A DNA stretch of 64,000 bases, from assembly GCF_006345805.1 (NCBI RefSeq), contig NC_042997.1, positions 126,108,001 to 126,172,000 of the forward strand, read 5' to 3'. Shown here in pieces: positions 13,273 through 27,656 of the stretch (positions are counted from its first letter, which is position 1; each line of letters opens with the position of its first letter). A program made the translations under genes and the position numbers. Source of the stretch: Octopus sinensis (Eukaryota). The notes under the pieces are model-generated. The model saw only the letters and a list, made by a program, of their open reading frames with translations, did no database searches and was not told the origin of the DNA.

Positions 13273-14204
13273 CTGAAAATAACAAGAGCATCACACATAA
13301 TAAATATTTCAGCTGATAAAACTGATTCTGGATATAATAAAATCCATTGTCTTATTTTGCGAGTTACTTGATAATGGTACCATGAGAAGAAGGCACCCAG
13401 TACATTCAGTAAAGTGGTTGTCATAAGGAAGGGCATCCAACCATAGAAGCGATGTAAAAGCGGACAACAGAACTTGTTACTGTCCACTGGCTTGCCACTT
13501 CTTTTGAAACATCCAAGCTATGCCAGTATGGAAAATGGATGCTAAATGGTGAGGTTGACGTGTTCAGTGATTAAAGTTCTGTCTGGCTAAAATGTTTCTG
13601 TATAGTGAGGAATAGCATGTAAATTTAACAATCACCATCAACATTTTAATATCTATACCCCAGTTGAACCGTCCAACCCATGCTAGCATGGAAAGCGGAC
13701 GCTAAACGATGATACATCTAGAAGTCTGCTATACAGCACATCAGCATTTGTTTCAATCAACTTTTTGTCCCATATGTGAAACCCCTGAAATCTACCAGTT
13801 CTTCCCATCTCCATGTTCTATAGTTATCATCCATGGCACTTTTATTACCCAGCACTCGTCCTTTATACATGAGTTGATGTCTTTATCCCCAACTGCTCTC
13901 TCATGCAAATTTACATTACACAGCCAGCAAAATGTGTCTCACTAGCAGATAGCATTATGCATCATACACATGCTTCATTGTTTCACTTCCATATGGAGAA
14001 AGACCGATACTCTTTGTTGTCAAAAGACTCAACAACACTCTAAACCGCTTCCACTTTATTTTCTTACTAACTACTTCCATATTATCAGAATAGCTACATT
14101 CAATATTAACGTAAAAGAAATTGTTGTTCTGTCTTGATATACACTGACATTTAACTTGTACAGTATACAACAAACAGAATACTGCCTTATTGGGTATGGC
14201 TCAT

Positions 14205-14507
14205 AGAATATGCTTGTTCCTTCTCAAGCCACACCTGGCTCAAAGGACCGGTTTCTTGGTTTCTTTGGCGTATAGGTTCCCCACCTGGACGAGACGCCGG
14301 TCTGTTGCAGGTGAGCTGCAAGATGCAGGAAGAAAGAGTGAAAGAAAGTTGTGGCAAAAGACTCAACAGAAGTTCGCCATTACCTTCTGCCAAAGCCGCG
14401 TAGAGCTTAGGTGTTTCGCTCATAAACACACACATCGCCCAGTCTGAGATTCGAACCTGCAATCCCTCGATTGCAAGTCCACTGCTCTAACCACTAGGCC
14501 ATGTGCC
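14205..14507 (-). mobile_element. tRNA-derived SINE family D
   Basis: A box TGGCCTAGTGG, B box GGTTCGAATCT; closely similar sister copy at 62131-62433. Confidence 0.8.
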
Positions 14508-14866
14508 TCCACAAAGTAATGATATAGCCAATCCTAAAAAACATAGATTGTAGTGGTTCAATTCTGACATACACTAACTAATCTCTACAGTATACAACAT
14601 ACAGAACAGTGCTTCACTACATGTGTTCTAGACACCTGTAAAGTAGTTGATGGAGCCAAACCCAGGCATAACAATAACACAACACCTGAAGACTACATTT
14701 TAGTGCTTGTGTATGCTAACAACAAACTAAAGTCAATGCGATAGTCACTAATTAATGAACTAGGATAATGACAAGAGAAATAATGCAACTAACCCCAAGA
14801 TTCCAAGAAGCAGTGACCTGAATAACAACAACAACAAAAATATAGAAGAAAAACTGTAGAACTGAC

Positions 14867-14980
14867 CTTGATTCTGTCATCATGGCTGCAGCTTGAACTA
14901 ACAACTGTGTCTGGTGGTCACTATTATATGCCCGAGCATAAGCAACATTGTCTAAAACATCACTACCAGATAGTCCGTAT
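14867..14980 (-). CDS. RAD51: RAD51 coding exon 6 ([37 protein letters not shown])
   Basis: gttcatgcag| acceptor, AG|gtcagt donor; 114 nt. Confidence 0.96.
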
Positions 14981-15431
14981 CTGCATGAACAACAAAATCA
15001 GACATGTTTGTTTGGATCTCAGTGAAATATACAATAGTTGGTGGCATAAAAGATGCAAGAAGTACATTAGACACATCCCATTTCGGCTTATTTAGGAAAA
15101 ATGGTTTTAGTGCATTGAAACTTATAGAAAGGCCGACTTCACAGAGAGGACTTGGGACATTTGTTTTGGTAAAAATGTGTTTCTTACATGCCATCAAATA
15201 TAGTAAATTCTTTTAGCAAATTAAATGAAAATTTATACATTTTAAATTCAAATTACGATGAACGTAATCAAACAAAGTTTGCTTCAGAAGCGTTGAGATG
15301 TCTTAGAAAGTTAAAGAAGTGATTTTAAATTTTCAAATGCAGGATAACGCTAATAATGTAGCCTGAAAATTATCCTGTGTTTGAGAATTTAAAATCACTT
15401 CTTTTACTTATACATTTTACAATATAAACAG

Positions 15432-15720
15432 TGAGGGTATGTGACCTAGTGGCTTAGGTGCTTCACCCACAATCACTAGATCATGGGTTCAATTCCCAGA
15501 CCAAGCAGTGCATGGTGTTCTTGAGCAAACCCCTTCATTTCATGTTGCTCCAGTCCATCCTACTGTAAATGGGTAACCCTGTGATGGATTAGCCTTCTGA
15601 TCAGGGGAACTGTTGAACCTCACTGTCTAGTCAGTGAAGTGGCATCATTTGAAAGCTGAAAACAATGCAAAGTGCATTGTGACCAGTGATGTATAACAAT
15701 ATCTGACAGTCTGGTAAGTC
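15432..15720 (+). mobile_element. tRNA-derived CORE-like SINE
   Basis: TGACCTAGTGG / GGGTTCAATTCCC boxes; CTCCAGTCCATCC..CTGTAAATGGGTAACCCTGTGATGGA central segment. Confidence 0.6.
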
Positions 15721-16480
15721 ATGTAATCACGCAACAATATAAACAGCTTCTAAATATTGATCTTTAGCTTCAGTTTTATGGTGTTAAGCCAGATGAGAGA
15801 TAAATATTCATACCATCTGATACTTTTATGGAGGAAGCAGTACCCACAACCATTTTCCAGGCTCCCAGATTAGTGGGAGTTTATCCTCAAACCTAGCTTG
15901 ATGAATTGCAAAAGGTACCCAAGGAACAGGTGGTGGTGTTAAACCAAGTAACTATTAAAATGTACAAGAACAGGCCTCACATAATTTCTGTTTCTATGGG
16001 TGGCAACAGGAAGCTCATGTGGCCATAGAAAATCTGTCGAAACAAATTCCATCTGACCATGCAAGCATGGAAAATCAGACCTTAAAATGATGATGATGAA
16101 CAACCAAATTTCACTTACAAGGTTTTGGTCAGCCTGAGACTGTAGAGAAAGTCACAACCTTAAAGTGCCACACAATACACCTAAACCCCAAAATACATGA
16201 TTGTAAATGAAAGGAACTTTTTAACCACATAGCTATGTCTGCCCCCATAATGACCAAACAGAAACCCAGTGAAACATAAACTGGATTTAAATTCATAACC
16301 TGTAAGTAGGTAGTTCAATAACTTATCCACTCTTCTTGTACTACATTTCATAATATATTCCAAGAAAAATATTTTTTATATTTTCAAATAATTTTGAAGA
16401 GTAAAAACAAGTCTCAAAATATTTGCTACATCATTAAAAAGACACCATTAACCAGCAGCAATGGAGGAATAAATAGTTAC

Positions 16481-16575
16481 CTGTCTGCTACAGCCAGGAG
16501 TCGTTCAGGACGGAATGTTCCTTCTGTATCAACATAGAGAGCTTTTCCTTCACCACCACCCATGTCCACAGGTAG
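16481..16575 (-). CDS. RAD51: RAD51 coding exon 5 ([31 protein letters not shown])
   Basis: tattgacag| acceptor, AG|gtaact donor; 95 nt. Confidence 0.96.
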
Positions 16576-16659
16576 CTGTCAATAGAAGAAATGGTCAATT
16601 AATGTTTTCACCTACACAGAGTTCATGGCTCGCAGGACGGTCTGCTGTGCTCACCTTGG

Positions 16660-17045
16660 ATCATAGTGACCTGCTGTGCTTGAGACCTATTGAGTCAAGT
16701 ACATCATCAAAATAAAAATCAAATGGAAATTGTAGTTAAGATACCGGTGGCATGTAAAAAGCATCATCTGAACGTGGCTGATGGCAGTGCCGCAGTCCGT
16801 GTTGGTGACACGTAAAAAGCACCAACCAATCATGGCTGTTTGCCAGCCTCCTCTGGCCCGTGCCAGTGACACATAAAAAGCACCCACTACACTCACGGAG
16901 TGGTTGGCATTAGGAAGGGCATCCAGCTGTAGAAAGACTGCCAGATCAGACTGGAGCCTGGTGCAGCCTTCTGGCTTCCCAGACCCTAGGTGAACCGTCC
17001 AACCCATGCTAGCATGGAAAACGGACATTAAACGATGATGATGAT
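16660..17045 (+). mobile_element. Retroposon family B
   Basis: Family B body and (GAT)n tail. Confidence 0.72.
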
Positions 17046-18349
17046 GAGAGTTGGTGGACATAAAAGTAATGGCCACAATACAAGCACTTTTTCTTTTATT
17101 GCTGGCTCAATTAATGTGAAAAAGCAAAAACATTGATGACATATCATTATTTAATGTCTGCTTTTCTATGCTGTCATGAGTTGGGTGGATTTACTATGCA
17201 TTACATTAAAAATGTGAAGGGTACCAGTGCCTTAAGTATACAAAAACCAGGGTGTATTTATCCAGATGAAGAGGCTACAGATCTACAATTTGGATACGAG
17301 TTAACACTGACAAAGACTAATTAAAAATGTGTCAGGTTAGAGATCTGCTACGAGGGTAAGCCAGTACAACCTGTGCACAACAATTCTGCTGAGTTTGCTT
17401 GTTAAGGAAGGTAATTAGAAGACATTTTGCAGGTAAAAATGTTTAAAAACTTGTGAATAAGGGCGGATAACTCAGGAGAGTCAACAGCCATCCAACACTG
17501 ATGAAGTGCTCTGAAACAAGATCTCAATTGCACAAAGAGGCGTCACACTGTCAACATTTCCCGGAAGAGATAATGGGGATAGACTGTGCTTGAGAGGACA
17601 CATCCATTTTAACAACACTGAGGTCTGCCAAGCCTTCCCTCACAACTGATCTTCTAACACTCAACTCTTCATCAATCTCCTAACTGTGGTACTACTTACT
17701 TGGGTGCCTCTATACTTCACATTGTATCCCTTCTACTGTCCCTCATTACCTCCTCTTTCTTGATCCACTGTTTCCTTTCTTTCATTTCCACAAACTGACG
17801 TCCACTGAGTTTGACTCCAATCCCCAATCATCTGTTCTGCCCCACAATTTTCACATACTGATAGAATAAGTACCTAGCTTAAAGAAAGAAAATAAGTACA
17901 GGGGTCGATTCATTTGACTAAAAATTCTTCATGGTAATGCCCCAGCATGGCTGCCGTCCAATGACTGAAACAAGTAAAAGATAAAAGATCTCAAAGCAGT
18001 GATGTCTACATTCCCCAATAAACAAAGGTCCTCTTGTTTTTATAACTTTGTTATTTTTCATGTGTGAAGATCAGCAAAAGCACTACTTTCAAATTAGTAA
18101 GGGTTGGTGACAGAAAGAGCATCCAGCAGAAAAATTACTTCAATAACTGGCTATAAAAACGATGATATCTGCCTACCCACTTCACTCACCGTGATATACA
18201 ATAGAATCCAGAATTTGTTTGGTTGTATCTAAAACAGAAATATACAACATGTCCAATACTACTTTACCCACATCATTTGAAGAAGATGTGAACAATCCCC
18301 CATCACTTTTCCCCATGACAAAAATTTCCAAAAGCATTAGTTAATATCA

Positions 18350-18451
<102 letters not shown>

Positions 18452-19598
18452 TTAAGAACCAGAAAAAAGAAAAAAAACAAAAACCCATGAAGTGTCAGAA
18501 ATATATAGTCACAACTAGAAATCGATAGAGTACATTTTACTTTCTAATGAACTAATGAAATACTTCATGAATTAGTTTCAGTGAATTCTAAAAAAATAAA
18601 AATTAAGACTGAAGGTATTTAGTAAAATAACTAACCATCATTATTAAGTAAGTATTTGGAATATAATTCAACGAAAGGTTAAACACTGGTGTTGTGCTGC
18701 ATAAAAAGCACCCACTATACTATGTGATGTGGTTGGCATTAGGAGGGGCATCCAGCTGTACGAAATGGCCAAAACAAACTATGGGACATTGGTGCAGCTC
18801 CTGGTCTTGCCAGCTCTGGTCAAACCATCCAATCCATGCCAGCATGGAAAATGGATGCTTGGTAATGATGATGATTTGGGCTTAAAATTATAACGAAAGG
18901 TTTAAATTTAAACATGAATGTGTATTTTGTGTAATTGAACAAGAGATAGTCTCAGACAGATTAGTATTGAAAAGAAAAAAGTACATTAGCTACTGTATTT
19001 GATAGCATTATAAAATGTACATTTTCAAAAAAAAAAAAGGAAAAAGGGGAAAAGAACAATCCGTCCCTAGTCCTATATGTGATGTTGAGCTGGCTGCAGA
19101 AATTAGGTAATGTCCATGCATCTTTCTCCTTGTTGTTGTCATCATCATGGTTTAACGTCTGTTTCCCATACTGGCAAGCCAGAGAGCTGCACCAGGTTCC
19201 ATTCCTTTTGGGTTTAGTTTCTGCAGCTTCCTAATGCAAACCACTCTAGAGAGCGTACTGGGAGTCATTTACGTGGCACCAGCATGGAAAACAAATCTGT
19301 GTAATTGCTACTGAGATCACCCAACACATTTATATAACTAATTGAATAATAATATTGAGTAAATCTTCATTCATTAGTTAAACAGTTAAAATCTAATTTA
19401 CAAAACAAAAAAAAAAAGAGAAAGAAAACATATAGAAATATAGTTTTAACAAGGGCAACATTCACTTTAAATAGTATCTATGCAAGATAGTAAATATGAA
19501 GTTATAGGCACATGGCTGGGTGGTTAAGAAGTTTGCTTCCCAACTATATAGTTTTGGGTTCATTCCCACTGTGTGACACTTCAGGCAAGTGATTTCTA

Positions 19599-19982
<384 letters not shown>

Positions 19983-21034
19983 CTAAAAAAAGAAATCAAA
20001 ATAAGTTTTAGAATTTAAATGTGTAACAAGAGGATGTAATTAATGAGTTAATGCAACAAGAGAAAATTAATAGTATAGGAAGGATATTTGGATGTGTGCA
20101 TGTCAGAAGGCTTGAAACATTTAAATATATGTTTTGTATGAAGGTCACGATAAATACCAGAAGGGAATATTTTTTGGTTAACAAATATAAGAATTTATTC
20201 CTTGATCAAATGAGAATGAACAGGTACCACGGAGACAAGTTTTCACGGCAAGAGGACGTAGCAAGACAAAAATCCATTCCTTAATACACATCCAGACTGT
20301 TAGCTCTGGACTTGGCAGCAAATCTAAAATATCTCATGGGTTTGAAGTGGTAATGAAGGCGAGGTAGAAATCCCTTAGTTGTGTGAATTCTGTTTTCTGA
20401 TCAATGTTAATTCAGCAATGATTTGTCATCTGGACGAGGAACTCATGTGTTTTCATCTCAGAGTCTTCTCAGGAACTGATTTTTTTTTCAAAACTCATGC
20501 TTCACTGCTGGGTCACGTGTATCCTTCTGCAGCCAGCAGTGATTGGATGTTTTGGGCATAGACTGTGCTTTGCTACCACAACAAAATAGTGCTAACATGT
20601 CACACTACAAATGTCTAAGGAAAAATATTAAGTTTGAACAAGTTGTATTTAACAATTACGAATGATTATTCTATTGACTTCAATATATTTGAATTAATAA
20701 GAGCTATTATAAATCATTTCCTTAATAACAGTTCTGATTGCATATGCCTACAGACAAAAAAAACAGTCTTACTTGGACAGGGTGGAGGTGGGTGTTATTG
20801 ACAAATAGTGTAAGAATTTTAAAAACTTATATCAAAATCTCTTTAAATCTAGTCAGATGAAAACTAGATTTAGAAAGAGAGAAATCAAGTCTCAAGAGAA
20901 TAGGTTAAAATCAAGTCTTCAGAGAAGCAATAATCTATATAACACATAAAATACTGGTTTCAAATTTAAGCACAAGGCCAGCAATTTCAGGCGAGGGATT
21001 AAATTGGTTGCACTGACCCAAGTGTTGAACTGGT

Positions 21035-21243
21035 ACTCTTTACTCTTTTACATGTTTCAGTCATTTGACTGTGGCCATGCTGGAGCACCGCCTTTAGTCG
21101 AGCAAATCGACCCCGGGACTTATTCTTTGCAAGCCCAGTACTTATTCTATTGGTCTCTTTTGCCGAACCGCTAAGTGACGGGGACGTAAACACACCAGCA
21201 TCGGTTGTCAAGCAATGCTAGGGGGACAAACACAGACACACAA

Positions 21244-21274
<31 letters not shown>

Positions 21275-21436
21275 ACAGGCTTCTTTCAGTTTCTGTCTAC
21301 CAAATCCACTCACAAGGCATTGGTTGGCCCGGGGCTATAGCAGAAGACACTTGCCCAAGATGCCACGCAGTGGGACTGAATCCAGAACCATGTGGTTGGT
21401 TAGCAAGCTACTTACTACACAGCCACTCCTGCGCCT
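21035..21436 (-). mobile_element. SINE family A (near-consensus copy)
   Basis: Reverse complement of the family A head, body and tail. Confidence 0.82.
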
Positions 21437-22397
21437 ATTTTATTGATCGTGAAAGTATGAAAAGCAAAGTCGACCTCTGGAATTTCATCTCAGAACACAG
21501 AAATGGACAAAATGCTGCTAAGCATTTTACCCAGTGTGTGATTCTGCTCTCATGCCACCTTCATAATACATAAACTATAAATTATATTGAGGAGGTAGGG
21601 AGAATACCCATCACTCAATTTCAATGTTTTATCCATCCATTTTGCTGTCCACTGTTCTTGGAAGAGGCACAGAGTCTTCAGACACCTTCATCATAGGGTC
21701 CTATGACAAAAGAATCCGTCATCAAACTTTCCTACTGGATTCCTAAGTATGACCAACTGAGACTATTGATATCATCCGACCATTTCACTCATGGTCTACT
21801 CCTAGGTCTCCGGCTGAGGTGAATTCATCTTGTGATCCTTTCCTGTGGTATTCTATTCACATGTCTGCAGGATTGGAGCTGCAACTACTCAATGTGGAGA
21901 AATAGGTATTCAAACTGGAGAGACTCCCTATCTCTGAGCTATGACCCTGTCGTGTAATGTTACTCTGGAGATCCTCTGGAGGAACTCTATTTCTGCTGCT
22001 TTTATCCAATTTACCCATTGGCGTTAGGAAGGGCATCCAGCTGCAGAAACTCAGCCAGATCAGATTGGAGTCTGGTGCAGCCATCTGGTTCGCCAGTCCT
22101 CAGTCAAATCGTCCAACCCATGCCAGCATGGAAAGCGGACGTTAAACGAAGATGATGATGATGATGATGACCCTTTCAGTCATAATCCAATACTCACAGC
22201 TATAGGAGAAGATAAGCACAAAAAAACAAACTGAAGACAAGTTTGGCTTTTATATCAATCTTTCCTATTCTGTTTGTAATTTACATTTTATAAATAAGTT
22301 GTTTTTTTTCAATACATTAAAAGAAAGACATTTTGAAGGAAATAATAAAATGGTGAATTTAAATGTCAATTCATTGACATAATCTTGCTATACTTAC

Positions 22398-22535
22398 CAA
22401 TATTTTGTCTGCTTTTGCTTCACTAATTCCTTTGATGTTCAGAAAACTTTTCTTAGGAGCAAATGCTACTGACTCAACTGTATAAAAGCCAGCTTCTTCC
22501 AGTTTCTTACAGTCATTGGCACTGATACCTTGGCC
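22398..22535 (-). CDS. RAD51: RAD51 coding exon 2 ([46 protein letters not shown])
   Basis: tatgtcag| acceptor, |gtaagt donor; N-terminal HhH domain; 138 nt. Confidence 0.96.
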
Positions 22536-22832
22536 CTGACATACAAACAACAAAGTAGGCATTGTTAGAGAAATATTAGGAAAAACACAAGAGTTGAAAG
22601 AATAAAATTCTTAAAAGTACTCATGTTTTTTCTGGGTTAGCTTTGATCAAGATGACCTAGGATCAAAAGCATATTAAAACTGATCTCCTTATCTTTTTTT
22701 TTGGGGGGGGGGGCACAGGTGTGGCTTAGTGGTTTAGAAGCTTGCTTCTTGAACATGTAGTCTTGAGTTTAGTTCCACTGGGCAGTGGATTTGATAGACA
22801 TAAACTGAAACAAGCCAATATAAATATATATT

Positions 22833-23208
22833 ATTCTTTTACTTGTTTCAGTCATTTGACTGTGGCCATGCTAGAGCACTGCCTTTAGTCAAGCAAATCG
22901 ACCCCAGGACTTATTCTTTGTAAGCCTAGTACTTATTCTATCGGTCACTTTTGCCGAACCGCTAAGTTACGGGGGACGTAAACACACCAGCATCGGTTGT
23001 CAAGCAATATTGGGGGGACAAACACAGACACACAAACATATACATACATGTACATATATACAATAGGCTTCTTTCAGTTTCTGTCTACCAAATCCACTCA
23101 CAAGGCTTTGGTTGGCCCAAGTCTATAGTAGAAGCCACGCAATGGGACTGAATCCGGAACCATGTGGTTGGTAAGCAAGCTACATACCACACAGCCACTC
23201 CTACGCCT
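22833..23208 (-). mobile_element. SINE family A
   Basis: As above. Confidence 0.8.
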
Positions 23209-23764
23209 ATATATATATATATAAACTAAAACTGGCACTCCGTCAGTTAAGACAATGAGGGTTCCAGTTGATCCGAACAATGGAACAGCTTACTTGTGAA
23301 ATTAATATGCAAGTGGCTGAGCACTCCACAAACATGCGTACCCTTAACAGTTCTCAAGTTAAACAATTCAGTCAATCATCAACCTTTATATTGAAGAGGT
23401 GAACACTGGGGCAGGAAGCCAGGCATGGCAGTGTGTTTAAGAAGTCTGCTGCCCAGCCATGTAGTTTCAGGTTCAGTCCCACTGCATGGCCTCCAGGGCA
23501 AGTATCTTCTGTGATTGTCCTTGGATGATCAAAGCCTTGTGAGCACATATGGTAGATGGAAACTGATAGAAGACTGCCATATATAATATATATATTTTTT
23601 TTATAGGAAGTTACTTATATGGCTGGTGATAGAGTGACCACTGGTTTTGCAGCTATAAAGCATTTAGCCTTATAGATGCAAAACCATTGGTCATTTTATG
23701 ACTGGTCATAACTTCCTATAAATACATTACTGCTCTAACATTTAGAATGTGCTTCTTCTTTGCA

Positions 23765-23800
<36 letters not shown>

Positions 23801-24893
23801 GGTTTGGTTAAGGAGGTCTCGCCCTGGTACGTGATGCGTGTTTCCTTATTTTTTCCCCTGAAGGAGTAATTATCGTGATGCACCCTCGTGCATTAAATAC
23901 GGTGATGAACCCCTGAAATGGCCATAGGGAATGTAAATATGGTTTCTTCTTTTTTGCTTGGACACTGGCTTTTAACAATAGGTTTCCCTTATCTTGAAAA
24001 GTAATTTTTAATCGAAAAAATTTCTAAACGATGAACTTTTATCTTACCTTATATATTATTTATTTATATGTTTCCTATATATATGTATTTTTATATCTTT
24101 TTATATATCTATATATTTATATATTTCTTTATATTTTTATGTATTAATTATTCTAGATGTTGTAATGTTAAAATATATATTTTTTTAGTCGCTAAAGTAT
24201 TAATCATTAACTTTTAACTGCGATGGACTGTATTCACACATTTTTCTTATATGCTTGTATTGATGAGTTGTGTTTCATCTTCCGTGATTTTATGCATGTA
24301 TATTCTATGTGAAAGAAAAAGCATTATGTGATTAAATGTTCGAGAAATGAAATGTTATGTGGATGACCTTATATTTGTTTGTTCTGCAACCATAGTTTAA
24401 TATATTTGTCTCATTTAATTGAGCACTTCTATAGTAGTCCTATTAAACATTTTGTTCCTGATAAGAAACAATCACCTTATTATTGATATATATATATAAA
24501 TAAAGTCAAGTAAAGATTATTTGCCAATATACTATGGCAGTCCTGGTTGGGATGAATGCTGCTGTTGTTTAACCCCAAACAACATTAGCATTCATCCCCA
24601 CCGGGATATTATACTGACAAATAATCTTTAAAGTACTGTTACTGAATGTCTCTTATTGAGAGATTTAGAAATAATAATGTTTCTATATATGTGTATTTTC
24701 ACATATAAATTCTTTACTTGAAAAACAAGTGAGGTTTAGCAGTTAGCAATAGGAAGGAGTCCAGGCTGTAATACAATACCACAATATTATATTCGTTTAA
24801 CATATTCTAGCATGGAAAAACAGGTGTAAGAGCAAACAAACCAAAAGATTGTTGAAGGAGCAATAGACAAAATGTAGATGAGAAAAGAACTAC

Positions 24894-24980
24894 CTCCAAT
24901 TTTGACAATGGAAGAGGACCAAATGCTTCTTCAATGGCATCTTCTGATATTTCACCAACACTCTCAGCTTGAGCAGACAT
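24894..24980 (-). CDS. RAD51: RAD51 coding exon 1 (MSAQAESVGEISEDAIEEAFGPLPLSKLE)
   Basis: Acceptor ttttgtctttag| at 24987, then TTGAAA and ATG; |gtagtt donor; 87 nt. All 9 exons sum to 1020 nt (339 aa + stop). The acceptor implies an upstream non-coding exon. Confidence 0.9.
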
Positions 24981-25029
24981 TTTCAACTAAAGACAAAAAA
25001 ACACATTACAATTATAACACAGATATATA

Positions 25030-25503
25030 TAATATATAATGAAATTATTGTATACAGTGCTCAGGTGCACCACAACTTGTCAAAAGTGCGTATAAAGCAT
25101 ATGCAGTAATGTACAAATGTCTGGAAAATGAACAGTGTATGAATCAGATACATGCTTGCGTGTGTATGGAGGGGAGAAAATCAGGTGTAGTGTTGGCGAA
25201 TCTCAGGAAGCATGGAAGTTTTGAAGGATGCAGTGCTCTGACAACTAACAACTGATGCCGGCAGTTTGTGCCATACTTCAGCAACTCTTAGCATGAAAAA
25301 ATGTTTCCGAAAGTCATGGGAGCTGTGCTGTCTTCAACTTTGTAAACATGTCCACGAGTATTAGACAGGTGGAGTTTGAAAAGGTGCTCATAGTTATTGC
25401 TGGTAAGATGGTTAATAATTTTATGGGTGTCTGCCAAGTCAGCTGCCAGCCAATACTGTAAACATATTTCTGAGATTACCAGTCTCTCCTCAAAACAAAG
25501 CAT
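25030..25503 (-). mobile_element. CR1-clade LINE 3' end
   Basis: ADLADTHKIINHL...LFKLHLSNTRGHVYK...RVAEVWHKLPASVV; CR1 C-terminal motifs (TRGH, W..LP) followed by a 3' UTR. Confidence 0.75.
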
Positions 25504-25747
25504 ATAGTTTATAAGAATGTGACAAATTCCCTATTGATGTTACACAGAAATATCAGTGACAGTAGTTATGTGATTATTACATATAACTGCAATTATGAGA
25601 TGAACAAATTAATTCTTTTACACAAGACACAAAACTTGATCTGAAAGCCATTCTCCTTTGTTCCCTGTTACTCAGTATCTGTGACTTGCTTAGAACCAAG
25701 ACAAGTGAAAAAAAAAAAGAGATATCATTGTATTAAATTGATCTTAA

Positions 25748-25927
25748 TCCTCTAGCATTCAGATTACTCTGTCAAATGTAATGCTTATTTACTTATATTG
25801 TTCTGATGTGATTATTTATTTTTAGAATGAAATTTATAGGGTAGATGGAAGAGGCTGGATCTGGCCAGTTTGAACATAAAACAGATAGAATGTTTTGGCA
25901 GGATATGGTCAGCTTGAATGCTAAGGG
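25748..25927. mobile_element. piggyBac-like MITE, second family
   Basis: TTAA|TCCTCTAGCATTCA ... TGAATGCTAAGGG|TTAA; a related copy at about 38504-39179 carries a nested family A SINE. Confidence 0.65.
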
Positions 25928-26089
25928 TTAAAGATGTTCAACATTTGTACAAAAGAAACAAATAAAGATTTGCTTTCAATTCTATGCAAAACAAGGTCAA
26001 ACATATCTCTTCTTGCACTCTTTAACTGGCTGTATCTCCTTTACAGCAACATACCTCTTCCTGCCCTCTATATTTTTCCTTTTCCTTTT

Positions 26090-26470
26090 CTTTTATTTGT
26101 TTCAGTCATTTGACTGCAGCCATGCTGGAGCACCACCTTTGGTTGAGCAAAGCGACCCTAGGACTTATTCTTTGTAAGCCTAGTACTTATTCTATCGGTC
26201 TCTTGCTGAACCGCTATGTTACGGGGATGTAACCACACCACCAACGGTTGTCAAGTGATGTTGGGGGGACAAACACAGACACATAAACATATACATACAC
26301 ACACACATATATATGACAGGCCTCTTTTCAGTTTCCATCTACCAAATCCACTCACAAGGCTTTGGTCGGCCCGAGGCTATAGTAGAAGACACTTGTCCAA
26401 AGTGCCACGCGGTGGGACTGAACCCGAAACCATGTGGTTGGTAAGCAAGCTACTTACCACACAGCTACTC
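26090..26470 (-). mobile_element. SINE family A
   Basis: As above. Confidence 0.78.
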
Positions 26471-27656
26471 TCTTTCTCTGGCTGGGTAACCATGTACCCC
26501 TCTACAACAAGACACCTGTTTCTATCTCTCTGTCACAAGATCACCCCCTCCAATGCCTCCCGCCCCTCTCAAAGATTCCTTGTCTTGCAAAGTTACTTGG
26601 TGACCCTGCCATGTGGCTGGTGTCACTTAAAAAGCATCCAGTGCACATTGTAAAGTGGTTGGCATTTGGAAGGGCATCCAGCTGTAAAACCATGCCAAAA
26701 TTAACTTTGCCTGTGCTGGTGCCACATAAAAAAACTATCAGCCCACTCTGTGGGGTGGATGGTATTAGGAAGGGCATCCAGCCAAAAAAACTGTGTCAAA
26801 ACAGACACAGAAGAATGGTGCAGGCTTCCACCTGGCCAGCATAGGAGGACATTAAACGATTATGACGATGCTATTCTAGTATCTGAAAAGTGGCAACAGT
26901 CTGATGTCTTATATTACTCTCCAACTCTCCAGAGTATTATATTGCTTATGTCTTCAATGATCTTCCAACCAGTGCCATAAACTAATTGAGATAGTGATTT
27001 GAGAAATTTGATAGATTTTGGGTTTGGCCCTTATGAATATCTTATAATGAAATTTTTCAGATATGTTTTCCATGATGTAGCTAACGATTAGGTTGATGAA
27101 ATTTAAAGAAAAAGTAGTGTGTGTGTGTGGGTGGAGGGAATGTCAGATCATTCTTTCCACACCCACGACTTTGTTTCCACCATTTTCCGAAAGTTTAGAG
27201 TCTTCGAAGTTTTTATTTTTCCACATTTGTTTGCAATATCAGCATCACGTAATATACATTCTTGAAAAATATATTCCTGTAAAATTTCACTTAAAAAAGT
27301 TAAGAAACAAGTTCAGGAGGATCAAGGGAAAGGGTTCAAAACTCCTCCCTAGTTTAAAAAAAAAATGCTATCATAATGTGGTGCTCCAGCATGGCCGCAG
27401 TCAAACGACTGAAACAAGTAAAAGAAATAATCGTAATCTATGCCCCCCAAAACACTTTGTGGTGATCCTTCGGTATACGTACCGTAAGTGGCTTTGTTTA
27501 CATTTATGAAGATAACAGAACCCCCCCCCCCATATATATATAAAAAACACTTTCTTGAAATGTATCCGGTACTTCAGGTACCTATACCGAAGTTACGCCC
27601 ACTTTGCTAAAATTTTATTAAAATATAGGAATTTTTCATGAAGTTATGAAAAAACA

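Noticed and set aside
14435-14507. Possible tRNA gene (intact A and B boxes, GCA-like anticodon loop)
   Set aside because: No acceptor-stem pairing; it continues into a SINE body shared with 62131-62433, whose anticodon region differs
17494-17525. CTGATGA-AGTGCTCT-GAAAC hammerhead-like core
   Set aside because: Stem II is at most 2 bp and there is no stem I complement downstream; at best a dead PLE remnant
23603-23721. Imperfect inverted repeat TATAGGAAGTTA...TAACTTCCTATA
   Set aside because: Looks like an ordinary short MITE; no additional evidence of function
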